Below, in pieces: positions 39,940 to 51,366 of a stretch of 64,000 nt of DNA. The stretch is taken from positions 32,001 to 96,000 of the forward strand of contig CAVXEP010000032.1 of the NCBI GenBank assembly GCA_963760795.1. Direction: 5' to 3'. Numbering within the stretch: position 1 is the stretch's first letter; each line of letters opens with the position of its first letter. The notes beneath the pieces are model-generated. The model saw only the letters and a program-made list of their open reading frames with translations, ran no database searches and was not told the DNA's origin. The translations under genes and the position numbers were made by a program. The stretch is from an uncultured delta proteobacterium. Its GTDB lineage: Bacteria > Desulfobacterota > Binatia > UBA9968.

Positions 39940-40716
39940 GTGTCGTTACTCACCATCGAAGGCGTCGGCAAGGAATACCGCGCGCGGGGCAAACAAGTGG
40001 TCGCCCTGGACGGTATCGATTTGAACATCGCCGAGGGGGAGTTTGTCACCATCGTCGGGCCGTCGGGTTGTGGAAAATCGACACTGCTCAATTTGATCGT
40101 CGGACTCATGCACGCGAGCCGCGGCAGCATCAGCTTTCGCGGCGCGCCCATCGACGGTATCTGCACGAAGATCGGCTACGTCACGCAAAAGGATAATCTA
40201 CTGCCCTGGCGCACTCTGGTGGCGAATGTCGAGATCGCTCTGGAAATCCGGGCGGTGGATGCGATGCAGCGCAGGAAGCTGGCGCGGGATTTCATCGAGC
40301 GCGTCGGCTTGGGCGGCTTCGAAGAGCACTACCCACACGAACTTTCCGGCGGCATGCGCCAGCGCGCCAATATTATCCGCACGCTGATTTACGATCCGGA
40401 ATTAATTCTGATGGATGAGCCGTTCGGCCCGCTCGACGCGCAGACCAGAATTGTTCTGCAAGATCAGCTTTTGCAGCTGTGGTCGGCGGCGAAAAAAACC
40501 ATCATCTTTATCACCCATGATTTGGTCGAAGCGATCACCCTGGCGGATCGCGTCGTGCTGATGTCGTCGCGCCCCGGCCGGATCAAATCCATCGAAGCGG
40601 TTAACATCGCCCGGCCACGCGATGTCTTTCAGATCCACCAGAGCCCAGAATTTCGCGCGGTCTACGAACGGCTCTGGCAGCAACTGCGTCCCGAGGTCAG
40701 TCTGGCGGTAGTCTAG
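39940..40716 (+). CDS. ABC ATP-binding protein, NitT/TauT family
   Basis: GPSGCGKS, LSGGMRQR, LMDEPFG, ITHD. Confidence 0.95.
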   Translation: MSLLTIEGVGKEYRARGKQVVALDGIDLNIAEGEFVTIVGPSGCGKSTLLNLIVGLMHASRGSISFRGAPIDGICTKIGYVTQKDNLLPWRTLVANVEIALEIRAVDAMQRRKLARDFIERVGLGGFEEHYPHELSGGMRQRANIIRTLIYDPELILMDEPFGPLDAQTRIVLQDQLLQLWSAAKKTIIFITHDLVEAITLADRVVLMSSRPGRIKSIEAVNIARPRDVFQIHQSPEFRAVYERLWQQLRPEVSLAVV

Positions 40717-40731
40717 AAAGGAGACATTTTT

Positions 40732-41745
40732 ATGAGACGATTCGCTGTGATATTTCTCGCGGTTTTTGGTTTTGTCGCTTGGCTTTCTCTGCCAGCAAGC
40801 GCTCAGGCGCCGCGCAAGGTTAAAATGACCATTCCCGTGGTAGCGCACTCGATGACGCCCGTCTACGTCGCCCAAACGCGCGGCTTTTTTAGCGATGAGA
40901 AGCTGGAAATCGACATTACCTCCACCGGCGGTGGCGGCCCGGATATCCGCGCACTCATCGCCGGCGATGTCGAATTCAGTTTCACCACGGGAGATAACGT
41001 CATCTTGGCGCACCAGGAGGGCAAGCGACTTATTATGGTCATGAGCGGGCTGAACAAAGTTTTTATCAATTGGGCGATGCACAAAGAAACCGCCAAGGCG
41101 AAGGGCGTGACCGAATCGATGGCGCTGCCAGAAAAACTCAAGGCGCTCAAGGGGCTGACGGTGGGGGTGACCAATCCCGGCGCGCTGACCGCGCACTTGG
41201 CCGCCTTCGTGATTCGCAAGGCCGGCTACAATCCGCAACAGGATGTGCAGATCATCCCAGTCGGCGCCGGCCCGACCTGGCTCGCCGCACTGGAGAACAA
41301 GAAAGTCGATGTCGCCTTGACCGCGCCGCCGACGCCGGAGACCGCGATCAGCCGCGGATACGCGATCATGTTCATCAACAATGCCAAGGGCGAAGATCCG
41401 TCGATTCCGGAGTTTCTCATGGAAAATCTCGTGGCGCGCCCCGAGACAGTACAGAAAGAACCCGACCTGGTCAGACGCATGGTGCGCGCGCTGGTGCGTG
41501 CCAATCAATGGGCGCTCAAGAGCACCCCTGAACAGGTGGCCGACGCCTTGAAACCGTTCATGGCCAAGATCGATGCCGAGCTGCTGTTGTCTGGAGCTAG
41601 ATCGGTAATCCCGTCGCTCAGCCCGGACGGACGCACCAGCGAACGCAGTTTTCAGGTCACGCAAGATATCTTGGAGCAGGCCGGCATTCTGAAAAAGCGC
41701 TCGGCCTACGCCGAACTGGTCACCAACGAGTTCCTCGGCAAATGA
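40732..41745 (+). CDS. ABC substrate-binding protein, NitT/TauT family
   Basis: Signal peptide; in an operon with ATPase and permease. Confidence 0.92.
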   Translation: MRRFAVIFLAVFGFVAWLSLPASAQAPRKVKMTIPVVAHSMTPVYVAQTRGFFSDEKLEIDITSTGGGGPDIRALIAGDVEFSFTTGDNVILAHQEGKRLIMVMSGLNKVFINWAMHKETAKAKGVTESMALPEKLKALKGLTVGVTNPGALTAHLAAFVIRKAGYNPQQDVQIIPVGAGPTWLAALENKKVDVALTAPPTPETAISRGYAIMFINNAKGEDPSIPEFLMENLVARPETVQKEPDLVRRMVRALVRANQWALKSTPEQVADALKPFMAKIDAELLLSGARSVIPSLSPDGRTSERSFQVTQDILEQAGILKKRSAYAELVTNEFLGK

Positions 41746-42527
41746 TCAGCCGCAGCCGCCTTTTGGTTTACCGTCTGATCTTCGGCGCTTTCCTATTAGG
41801 GTTCTGGGAGCTGAGCTCGGGGCGCTTGATCGATCCGTTCTGGGTGTCGAGTCCGTCGGCGGTGTTCAAATATCTCTACGGCGTGTTTGCCGACGGCTCG
41901 ATCTATGGTCACCTCGCGATCACGATGTATGAGACCTTCACGGGCTTTTTCATCGGATCGATTTTCGGTATCGGCATGGGCTTTGTCCTTGGGCGCCGTG
42001 AAATCTTGGCGGAAATTTTGGATCCCTACGTGGTCGCTTTCAATGGTATCCCGCGCATCGCCCTGGCGCCGCTGTTCATCATTTGGTTCGGCATCGGTCC
42101 AACCTCGAAGGTCATCCTGGTTATCAGCGTGGTGTTCTTTCTGACTTTCTTTAACACCTTCGCCGGTGTCAAAGGCGTCGACGCCGAACTCAAAAACATC
42201 TTGCGCATCATGGGCGCCAGCGAACGGCAGATCCTGATGAAAGTCACCCTGCCGGCGATCGTGCCGTGGATCACCACCGGCCTAAAGATCAGTCTACCCT
42301 ATGCCATCGTCGCCGCGGTGGTCGGCGAGTTCATCGCCGCGAGCAAAGGCTTGGGCTACCTGATCAACTACAATACCTCGCTGTTCTCCACCACCGGCGC
42401 GCTCGGCGGCATCTTCGTACTCGCGCTGGTCGTAGTCTTGTGCAATGAGGCGATCAGCCGAACCGAAGCCTATCTCCTGCGCTGGCGTCCGCGGGAAGAG
42501 AAAAGAAGCGAGGGGGAACTCTATTAG
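41742..42527 (+). CDS. ABC permease, NitT/TauT family
   Basis: IPRIALAPLFIIWFG, MGAS, VVGEF..GLGY. Confidence 0.95.
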   Translation: MISRSRLLVYRLIFGAFLLGFWELSSGRLIDPFWVSSPSAVFKYLYGVFADGSIYGHLAITMYETFTGFFIGSIFGIGMGFVLGRREILAEILDPYVVAFNGIPRIALAPLFIIWFGIGPTSKVILVISVVFFLTFFNTFAGVKGVDAELKNILRIMGASERQILMKVTLPAIVPWITTGLKISLPYAIVAAVVGEFIAASKGLGYLINYNTSLFSTTGALGGIFVLALVVVLCNEAISRTEAYLLRWRPREEKRSEGELY

Positions 42528-42531
42528 CGCT

Positions 42532-42772
42532 TGTAGGATCGGTTGAGTTCTGACCAAATCCATCGTCTTTGATTCGCTGCTACACGGGAAGCATACGATG
42601 AGCTTTAAGCGATGGGTATCGCTTTGCTCAACCCATCCTACGTTCTCTGGGCGGTAACGCGGCGCGAGAGTTGCGCCTGTGAATCGGTCGAAAAAGGATT
42701 CACCGCAGAGGCGCTAAGTTCGCGGAGCTACTAAAGACTTTTTCTCTGTATCCTCTGCGCCTCTGCGGTGGG
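42532..42772. repeat. Two REP-like palindromes (GTAGGAT..ATCCTAC; CACCGCAGAG..CTCTGCGGTG)
   Basis: Inverted pairs between convergent genes. Confidence 0.75.
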
Positions 42773-42789
42773 CAATCTTTCCCCATCAA

Positions 42790-43857
42790 CTAAAGCCCGT
42801 AGAGGCGTCTGGGATTATCATCCAAGATTTTTTGCGCGAACGACGCGCCGATCTTGCCGCCGTGCGCCAAGGTTTGGATCGCTTCGATGTCGTTGGAATA
42901 GTCGGCGTGGCCGTAGTCGGTGCCGACGGTGATGTGATCTTCGCCGACGCAGTCGACCACGTAGGCGAGGTCGTCGGTGGTTTGGCAGGCGACGTAGACA
43001 CGGTTGTCGCGTAGCACGGTCGCGGCGTCAATGGTGCGCTCCTTGGGCCGCGCCTGGGTGAGCACATGGCCGGCGTATTTGCGCTGGAACTCGCGTTCGG
43101 CTTGGGTGCGGATGACTAAATCGTTGACCGCATAGGGCAACCATTGCGACGTGCTCTCGACAAACGACCAGCGCAGCTTGGGAAACCTCGCCGGCACGCC
43201 TTGATAGATTAAATTATTAAACGCGCCCACCGATGGCAGCTTGAAGCGCGAGAAGACATCCTGGCCATATTGATCGTAGTAGTTAAAACTGCCAGTGCCG
43301 GCGTGGACGCAGATCGGCAGCTCGAGCCGTTCGGCTTCTTGGTAAATCGGAAATAGCGCGGGATCGGAAAGCAGCCATTCGCCCTCATGGCCGCGCATGA
43401 AGACGCCGCAGGCGCCGTGGGCTTTGGCGAAGTTGATTTCCTCGATCGCTTTGTCCATGGAACGTAGCGGCGGCAAAACAATCCAGCGCAGGCGATTGTT
43501 GCCGAGCTGCCAGATATGCGCGAGCCAGCGGTTGTAACCGCGATAGAGCGCCAGCTCGACCTCGGCGCGCGCCGTCACCGGCCGCAGGAACAGGGTCGGA
43601 TAGAGTACCTGGACATCGATCTTCAATGCGTCCATATGCGCCAGGCGGGCGGAGACATCGGTGAGGTCGCGAGCATCTTCCGGGACGTTCAGGCCGAGAT
43701 TGGAATTGGCAATGACCCGGTCGTCGACGCGCCAGAAGTGGATGCCATTTTTCTTCGAGACCAAGACTTCCGGCGTGAAGCGGCGCTCCTCTTCCAACAT
43801 GAAGTCCCAGGTCTGTTCTGTCTCGATGACATGGGCATCGGCGTCGATGATTGCCAT
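42790..43857 (-). CDS. Amidohydrolase_2 family protein
   Basis: IIDADAH, QVLYPT, ICVH, GTDYGH; paralog of 24002..25117. Confidence 0.9.
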   Translation of the reverse strand: MAIIDADAHVIETEQTWDFMLEEERRFTPEVLVSKKNGIHFWRVDDRVIANSNLGLNVPEDARDLTDVSARLAHMDALKIDVQVLYPTLFLRPVTARAEVELALYRGYNRWLAHIWQLGNNRLRWIVLPPLRSMDKAIEEINFAKAHGACGVFMRGHEGEWLLSDPALFPIYQEAERLELPICVHAGTGSFNYYDQYGQDVFSRFKLPSVGAFNNLIYQGVPARFPKLRWSFVESTSQWLPYAVNDLVIRTQAEREFQRKYAGHVLTQARPKERTIDAATVLRDNRVYVACQTTDDLAYVVDCVGEDHITVGTDYGHADYSNDIEAIQTLAHGGKIGASFAQKILDDNPRRLYGL

Positions 43858-44201
43858 GGCGATTTGCCTCCTCGTTCATTGTCGCTACGCTGAACAACAT
43901 GTAAAACCGCGGCAGCTACGCTGTCAAATGAAAGTTACTTTTGATTACTGGAGTCGTCGCGCGGTAGTTGGCAAAATAAGTCGGAGGTCTGCCCCTCGTC
44001 ATGCCGGTGAAAACCGGCATCCAGACCCATCATCCGCCTGGATACCGTTTTCCAACGGTATGACGGACGCAGTCCGTCACCTGGATTCCGCATGCGCGGG
44101 AATGACGGGGATAAGAGCCAACGCCCAGCGGGTGGCGCTTAGGTGGGAAATTCCCTAAGATTCCCTTTCCCCATGTAGGGGTTTAACGGAGGCATCGATT
44201 A

Positions 44202-46232
44202 ATGGTCAAAAAGATCCCCACCAAGCTCGAAACCCATGGCCAAGTGCGCGTGGACGATTATTACTGGCTGCGCGAACGGGACAATCCCGAAGTCATCCGC
44301 TACTTGAACGATGAGAACGCCATTGCCGCCAAGGCGATGGCGCATACTCGGGAATTTGAAAAAAAGCTTTTCGAAGAAATCAAAGGCCGGATCAAGCAGA
44401 CCGATTTGTCGGTGCCGTACCAACGCGACGACTATTTCTATTACACCCGCTTCGAGGCGGGTAAAGAGTATCCGATCTACTGCCGCAAGTTGGTTGCCCT
44501 CGATGCGCCTGAGCAAGTGATGCTCGATGGCAACGCTCTGGCCCAAGGCCATGAGTTTTTCTCCATCGGCGGCTCGGCGGTGAGTTCGGGTCAGGATCTG
44601 CTCGCTTACGCCACCGATACCCAGGGACGGCGGATTCACACGACCTATATCAAGAGCCTGACCGACGGCGCTGTGCTGCCGGATGTGATTGCCAACGTTA
44701 GTGAAAATCTTGCCTGGGGTAACGACAACCGGACGCTGTTCTATGGCAAACAGGACGAAACCACACTGCGCCAACATCAGATCTGGCGCCATATCGTCGG
44801 CACCGATCCGGCGGCCGACCAGCTAGTCTACCAAGAGGACGACGAGACTTTCGGCGTGTACATTTTCAAGACCAAGTCGAAGCGGTACTTATTGTTGGTG
44901 TCGGCGCAGACGATCACCCACGAATACCGTTATCTCGATGCCGACTATCCTGGCGGCGCATTCAAAATGTTTTTGCCGCGAGCGCGCGGCCATGAGTATC
45001 AGATCGATCATATCGCCGACCGCTTCCTCATCCGCACCAACGATCAGGCGAAGAACTTTCGCTTGATGGCGACGCCGGTGGCGCAGCCGGGACGCGAGTA
45101 TTGGCGCGAAATCATTCCCCACCGCGACGATGTTTACCTGGGCGATTTCGATCTGTTCAAAGACTATCTGGTTTTGGAAGAGCGGGCCGGCGGCCTGACG
45201 CAGATCCGCGTCGTGCCGTGGTCGGGCAGCGGCGCGCATTATTTGGAATTTGCCGAGCCAGCCTACCAGGCGCACCTCGGCGCCAATTTGGAATTCGACA
45301 CCAAGATCGTCCGTTTCGATTACACCTCGATGAAGACGCCGCAGTCGATTTACGACTACGACATGGACACGCGCCAGCGCAGATTATTAAAGCAAGAGGA
45401 AGTCCTGGGCGGTTTCAACGCCGATGACTATGTCACCGAGCGGCTCCATACCCGCGCTGCCGACGGCACCGAGATTCCGCTGTCGCTGCTCTATCGCAAA
45501 GGGCTGAAGAAAGACGGGCAGAATCCAACACTGCTGTACGGCTACGGATCCTACGGTGTGAGCATCGATGCCGCCTTCGCGTCGCCGCGCTTGAGTTTGG
45601 TCGATCGCGGTTTTGTTTTCGCCATCGCCCATATCCGCGGCGGCCAGGAGCTCGGCCGCCAATGGTACGACGATGGCAAGCTGCTGAAGAAGAAAAATAC
45701 CTTTAGCGATTTCGTCGCTTGCGCTGAGTTTTTGATTAGCGATCGCTTCACCAACTCGGAGAAACTGTTCGCCATGGGACGCAGCGCCGGTGGTTTATTG
45801 ATCGGCGCGGTGAGCAACTTACGCCCGGATTTATTCAAAGGTGTCGTCGCCGAGGTGCCGTTCGTCGACGTTGTCACCACCATGCTCGATGCGTCGATTC
45901 CATTGACCGCCGGCGAATATGACGAGTGGGGCGATCCCCACAAGAAAGTGTTTTACGACTACATGTTGTCCTACTCGCCCTACGACAACGTCGCGAGCAA
46001 AAACTATCCCGCCATGCTGATCACCGGTGGTTTGCATGACTCGCAAGTGCAATACTGGGAGCCGGCCAAGTGGGTGGCGAAACTGCGTGAGCTCAAGACC
46101 GATAATAATCCGGTTCTGCTGAAGACCAACATGGACGCCGGCCACGGCGGCGCCTCGGGACGTTTCCGCCGCCATCAGGAAACTGCGTTCAGCTATGTAT
46201 TTCTTTTGGATTTAGCGGGAATTCGCGAATAA
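44202..46232 (+). CDS. ptrB: Oligopeptidase B (S9A)
   Basis: DDYYWLR, YGYGSYG, GRSAGG, DSQVQYWEPAKW, AGHGG. Confidence 0.95.
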   Translation: MVKKIPTKLETHGQVRVDDYYWLRERDNPEVIRYLNDENAIAAKAMAHTREFEKKLFEEIKGRIKQTDLSVPYQRDDYFYYTRFEAGKEYPIYCRKLVALDAPEQVMLDGNALAQGHEFFSIGGSAVSSGQDLLAYATDTQGRRIHTTYIKSLTDGAVLPDVIANVSENLAWGNDNRTLFYGKQDETTLRQHQIWRHIVGTDPAADQLVYQEDDETFGVYIFKTKSKRYLLLVSAQTITHEYRYLDADYPGGAFKMFLPRARGHEYQIDHIADRFLIRTNDQAKNFRLMATPVAQPGREYWREIIPHRDDVYLGDFDLFKDYLVLEERAGGLTQIRVVPWSGSGAHYLEFAEPAYQAHLGANLEFDTKIVRFDYTSMKTPQSIYDYDMDTRQRRLLKQEEVLGGFNADDYVTERLHTRAADGTEIPLSLLYRKGLKKDGQNPTLLYGYGSYGVSIDAAFASPRLSLVDRGFVFAIAHIRGGQELGRQWYDDGKLLKKKNTFSDFVACAEFLISDRFTNSEKLFAMGRSAGGLLIGAVSNLRPDLFKGVVAEVPFVDVVTTMLDASIPLTAGEYDEWGDPHKKVFYDYMLSYSPYDNVASKNYPAMLITGGLHDSQVQYWEPAKWVAKLRELKTDNNPVLLKTNMDAGHGGASGRFRRHQETAFSYVFLLDLAGIRE

Positions 46233-46300
46233 ATCTGTCAATCTGCGGCAGGGCGGTATTAGAGTGGTCATTTCGCCGGAAGTGACTTCGGCTCCGCAGA

Positions 46301-46834
46301 TCACTTGTTCAACCAGTATCGCGAGAATTCTTGTAGGAACGTCAGCGTGGAAAAATCGCCCATGCGGTCAAGATAAACCTTGCCGTTCAAGTGATCGTAC
46401 TCATGTTGGATCACCCGAGCGTGGAAACCCTTGGCGATGAAGTCGAGTTTATGGCCATCGCGATCCAGCGCGGTGACGTGGATATGTTGGTAACGCGGCA
46501 CCTGGCCGCGCAGGTCGGGGATACTGAGGCAACCTTCCCAGTCTGCTTCCATCTCATCCGACATCGGCGTGATTTTCGGATTCACCAGGACAGTGAGCGG
46601 CACTTTGCCTTTATCGGGGTAGCGCGGGTTGTCGGCGACTTCGAGTACTGCGAGCTGTTTCGAGGTAAACACCTGATCCGCCGCCAAGCCGACGCCATCG
46701 TACTCTTTCATGGTCTCGATCATGTCGTCGATAAATCGCTGCATCGCCGCGCTCTTGAGTTCTTTGACGGAGATATTTTCCGTAACCTTGCGCAGCACCG
46801 GATGTCCCAAGCGCGTGACTTTGAGAATGGCCAT
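46301..46834 (-). CDS. def: Peptide deformylase
   Basis: GVGLAA.Q, EGCLS, QHEYDHL. Confidence 0.95.
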   Translation of the reverse strand: MAILKVTRLGHPVLRKVTENISVKELKSAAMQRFIDDMIETMKEYDGVGLAADQVFTSKQLAVLEVADNPRYPDKGKVPLTVLVNPKITPMSDEMEADWEGCLSIPDLRGQVPRYQHIHVTALDRDGHKLDFIAKGFHARVIQHEYDHLNGKVYLDRMGDFSTLTFLQEFSRYWLNK

Positions 46835-46960
46835 GGGGAGTGTTCTTAGCATAGCCGCGGAGCGGGAAAAAGAGCGGGAGCGGGGCGGTGCCGGGAAACC
46901 CAGTCGTAAGCGCGTGCGGCTCATCGGCGTAGTATCCAGTCAGGTGTTTTCGTCGTTATC

Positions 46961-46990
46961 TTGACATCGTAGACCTAACGAGTCTATATT
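46961..46990 (+). promoter_or_regulatory. Sigma70 promoter with overlapping putative Rrf2 operator
   Basis: TTGACA-18-TATATT; TAGAC-N7-GTCTA palindrome at 46970-46986. Confidence 0.65.
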
Positions 46991-47035
46991 TAAAACGTGA
47001 AACGCGGCAGGGCCAAAAGCGAACGCAGTTCGTTG

Positions 47036-47488
47036 ATGAACGTCGGACGGCGGGTCGATTACGCGGTGCGGGCGTTGTCATTTCTGGCTGGGCAGCCGGC
47101 CGGGGCGATCGTCAGCCGAACCGAGATCGAGAAAAGCCAGGATATCCCATCCTTTTATCTATCCAAGATCATGAAGGATCTGGTCGCCGGCGGTTTGGTG
47201 CATTCGCACATTGGCTCCAAAGGTGGCTTCACTCTGGCCAAGATCGCCGGGGCGATTACTATTAAAGACATTTACGAGACCGTGGAGCGGCCGTTGGTGT
47301 TGATGGAGTGTCTCGAGCAGGGTGCGAACTATTGTTCCTACTGTGCCGTCTGCACGCAAAAATCGATCTGGGAAGAGGCGCAATCGGTACTCGCCAACTT
47401 TCTCGCCGGCGTGACCATCGCCGATATCGCCGACCGCCAAGGCTTGAAAGGGCGCATGCTCAAAGCAGCCATGCAAAAAGCTGTTTAG
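47036..47488 (+). CDS. Rrf2 family regulator (IscR-like)
   Basis: DYAVRAL, G.KGGFTLA, Cys cluster C-x7-C-x2-C-x2-C. Confidence 0.9.
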   Translation: MNVGRRVDYAVRALSFLAGQPAGAIVSRTEIEKSQDIPSFYLSKIMKDLVAGGLVHSHIGSKGGFTLAKIAGAITIKDIYETVERPLVLMECLEQGANYCSYCAVCTQKSIWEEAQSVLANFLAGVTIADIADRQGLKGRMLKAAMQKAV

Positions 47489-47512
47489 CTATTAGATGAT
47501 TAAGGATAGTGA

Positions 47513-48271
47513 ATGTTAGATATCAAAAATCTCCGGGCCAAAGTCGGCGATAAGGAAATCTTGCGTGGCATCGATCTTCATGTCGGCGCCGGCGAAGTGC
47601 ACGCGATCATGGGACCCAATGGTTCGGGCAAAAGTACATTGGCTCATGTGCTCTCAGGGCGGGAAGCCTATGAAGTCACTGCCGGCACCGTGACCTATCA
47701 GGGGAAAGATTTATTGGCCATGGCGCCGGAGATCCGGGCGCGCGAAGGTATTTTCCTGGCGTTTCAATATCCCGTCGAAATTCCCGGCGTCTCGACGACC
47801 TATTTTCTCAAGGCGGCGCTCAACGCCGTGCGCAAGCATCGTGGCCTGGACGAACTCGACGCCATGGAGTTTCTCAGCTTGATCAAGGACAAGATGAATC
47901 TGGTGGAGATGAGTCAAACCCTGCTCAACCGGCCGCTCAACGAGGGTTTTTCCGGCGGCGAAAAGAAGCGCAATGAAATTTTACAAATGGCGGTACTCGA
48001 TCCGACGCTCGCGCTGCTCGATGAAACCGATTCGGGGTTGGATATCGATGCCCTGCGGGTCATCGCCGGCGGCGTCAATGCGCTGCGCAGCCCCAACCGC
48101 GCCATGATCGTGATCACCCACTATCAACGGCTGCTCGATTACATCGTGCCCGACTTCATTCATGTTCTGTACAACGGCCGGATCGTCAAGTCGGGCACCA
48201 AAGAACTCGCGCTAGAGTTGGAAAGCAAAGGTTACGATTGGCTCAAGGGTGAAGGTGCCGCGGCTCACTAG
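47513..48271 (+). CDS. sufC: Fe-S assembly ATPase SufC
   Basis: GPNGSGKS, FQYPVEIPGV, FSGGEKKRNE, LDETDSGLD. Confidence 0.97.
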   Translation: MLDIKNLRAKVGDKEILRGIDLHVGAGEVHAIMGPNGSGKSTLAHVLSGREAYEVTAGTVTYQGKDLLAMAPEIRAREGIFLAFQYPVEIPGVSTTYFLKAALNAVRKHRGLDELDAMEFLSLIKDKMNLVEMSQTLLNRPLNEGFSGGEKKRNEILQMAVLDPTLALLDETDSGLDIDALRVIAGGVNALRSPNRAMIVITHYQRLLDYIVPDFIHVLYNGRIVKSGTKELALELESKGYDWLKGEGAAAH

Positions 48272-48293
48272 AACCCGCGAAAGAGACTTGATA

Positions 48294-49613
48294 ATGCTCA
48301 GTGCTGAAAGCAAAGAACCTTATATCGCCGCCTTCAAGCAGCTGCGCGCGGGCGGAGCGCTGCGCGGACCGGCGTGGCTTGAACAGCTGCGCCAAGCTGG
48401 CATCGCAAGCTTTGAAGCGATGGGCTTTCCGACGCTCAAAAACGAAGACTGGAAGTATACCAACGTCGAGCCGATCGCCGCGCAGTCCTTCGCCCAGACC
48501 AACGGTGAAGCGAAATCGATTGTCGGCGCCGAAGTGTTTTCCCGGGCACTGATCGAAACCGACGCGCCGAGGCTAACGTTCGTCAATGGCGTTTACTCGG
48601 CGGCGCTGTCCAACACTTCAAGCCTGCCGCAGGGTTTGCGGCTTGGGCGGCTGGCAGAATTCATCGATCAGGGAGACACTGCCGTGGCCGCGCAGCTCGG
48701 ACAACTGGCGCGCGCAGAGCAGCAACATTTCGTTGCGCTTAACAGCGCTTTTCTCGGCGATGGCGCGGTGATTTCGTTGGCGCCGGGGTGTCGGCTTGAG
48801 CAGCCGATCTATTTGTTATTCGTTTGTACCGCTGGGACGCAGCCGGTGATTTCGCAGCCGCGGATTTTGCTTTTGCTCGGCGCCGGCAGCGAGGCGAAGA
48901 TCGTCGAGAGTTATTTAGGCGAAAGCGGAAAGGCTTATTTCTGCAACGCCGTCACCGAATTGGTCGGCGCTGAGGACGCCAGCGTCGAGCACTACCGTTT
49001 GCAGCAGGATAGCGACAAGGGTTTTCATGTCGGCACGCTGGCGGCGAGCTTGGCGCGGGGATGTCATCTGACCGCCCACGCGGTGACCTTGAGCGGCGCG
49101 CTGGTGCGCAACAATGTCCGCGTGCTGTTGAACGGCGCGGGGGCGGCGTGCGTGCTCAATGGACTTTATCTCGCCGATGGCAAGCAGCATGTCGACAACT
49201 ACACATTAATCGAGCATGTCAGCCCACGGGCGTCGAGCCTGGAATTGTACAAAGGGGTGCTCGGCGGCGCAGCCCACGGCGTCTTCAACGGCAAAATCAT
49301 CGTCCACAAAGATGCCCAGAAGTCCGACGCGCGCCAGACCAACAAGAATTTATTATTGTCGGACAGCGCGGTCATCGACACCAAACCGCAACTAGAAATT
49401 CATGCCGACGATGTCAAATGCAGCCATGGATCGACCATCGGCCAGCTCGATGCCGACGCGATATTTTATCTGCGCTCGCGCGGCTTGGATGTGGCGGCGG
49501 CGCGCAGCTTGTTGAGCTTTGCCTTTGCCAGCGACGTGGTGCGGCGGTTGGGCATCGACCACTTGCGCCAGCGTTTGGATGCGTACTTGGTCGGGCGATT
49601 CGGAGCGTGGTGA
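48294..49613 (+). CDS. sufD: Fe-S assembly protein SufD
   Basis: EDWKYT, KPQLEIHADDVKCSHGSTIG, FYLRSRG. Confidence 0.95.
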   Translation: MLSAESKEPYIAAFKQLRAGGALRGPAWLEQLRQAGIASFEAMGFPTLKNEDWKYTNVEPIAAQSFAQTNGEAKSIVGAEVFSRALIETDAPRLTFVNGVYSAALSNTSSLPQGLRLGRLAEFIDQGDTAVAAQLGQLARAEQQHFVALNSAFLGDGAVISLAPGCRLEQPIYLLFVCTAGTQPVISQPRILLLLGAGSEAKIVESYLGESGKAYFCNAVTELVGAEDASVEHYRLQQDSDKGFHVGTLAASLARGCHLTAHAVTLSGALVRNNVRVLLNGAGAACVLNGLYLADGKQHVDNYTLIEHVSPRASSLELYKGVLGGAAHGVFNGKIIVHKDAQKSDARQTNKNLLLSDSAVIDTKPQLEIHADDVKCSHGSTIGQLDADAIFYLRSRGLDVAAARSLLSFAFASDVVRRLGIDHLRQRLDAYLVGRFGAW

Positions 49614-49620
49614 AGTTCCT

Positions 49621-50882
<1,262 letters not shown>

Positions 50883-50883
<1 letters not shown>

Positions 50884-51335
50884 TGTCGGAACTCGACGAT
50901 CTCTATCAAGAAGTCATCCTCGACCATAACAAGAGTCCGCGGAACTTTCGCGTCATGGCCGCGGCCAATCGCCAAGCAGAGGGTTACAATCCGCTGTGCG
51001 GCGATCAAGTCACGGTGTTTCTTCAGGTCGAAGACGGTGTGATCAAAGATATCAGCTTTCAAGGTTCGGGCTGCGCGATCTCCAAGGCTTCGGCGTCGAT
51101 GATGACCACTGAGCTGAAGGGTAAACCCGAAAGCGCGGCCTACGAACTGTTTGACAATGTCCATCACATGCTGACCGGCGAGCCGGATGGTGCAAGCGGC
51201 GCCGAGCGGTTGGGCAAGCTCGCGGTGCTCTCCGGTGTGTGCAAATTTCCCGCGCGGGTGAAATGCGCCAGTCTGGCCTGGCACACCGCAAACGCGGCGC
51301 TCAAAGGCGAAAATCAGCCGGCCAAGACCGAATGA
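50883..51335 (+). CDS. sufU: SufU sulfur-transfer protein
   Basis: LYQEVILDH, NPLCGD, GCAIS.ASAS, RVKCA. Confidence 0.95.
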
Positions 51336-51366
51336 ATTGAACGCATAACGAAATGAGGCCGCGATT

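Noticed and set aside
39086-40024. 312-aa alternative-frame ORF
   Set aside because: It overlaps the SMP-30 gene and an intergenic repeat, and its composition is not protein-like.
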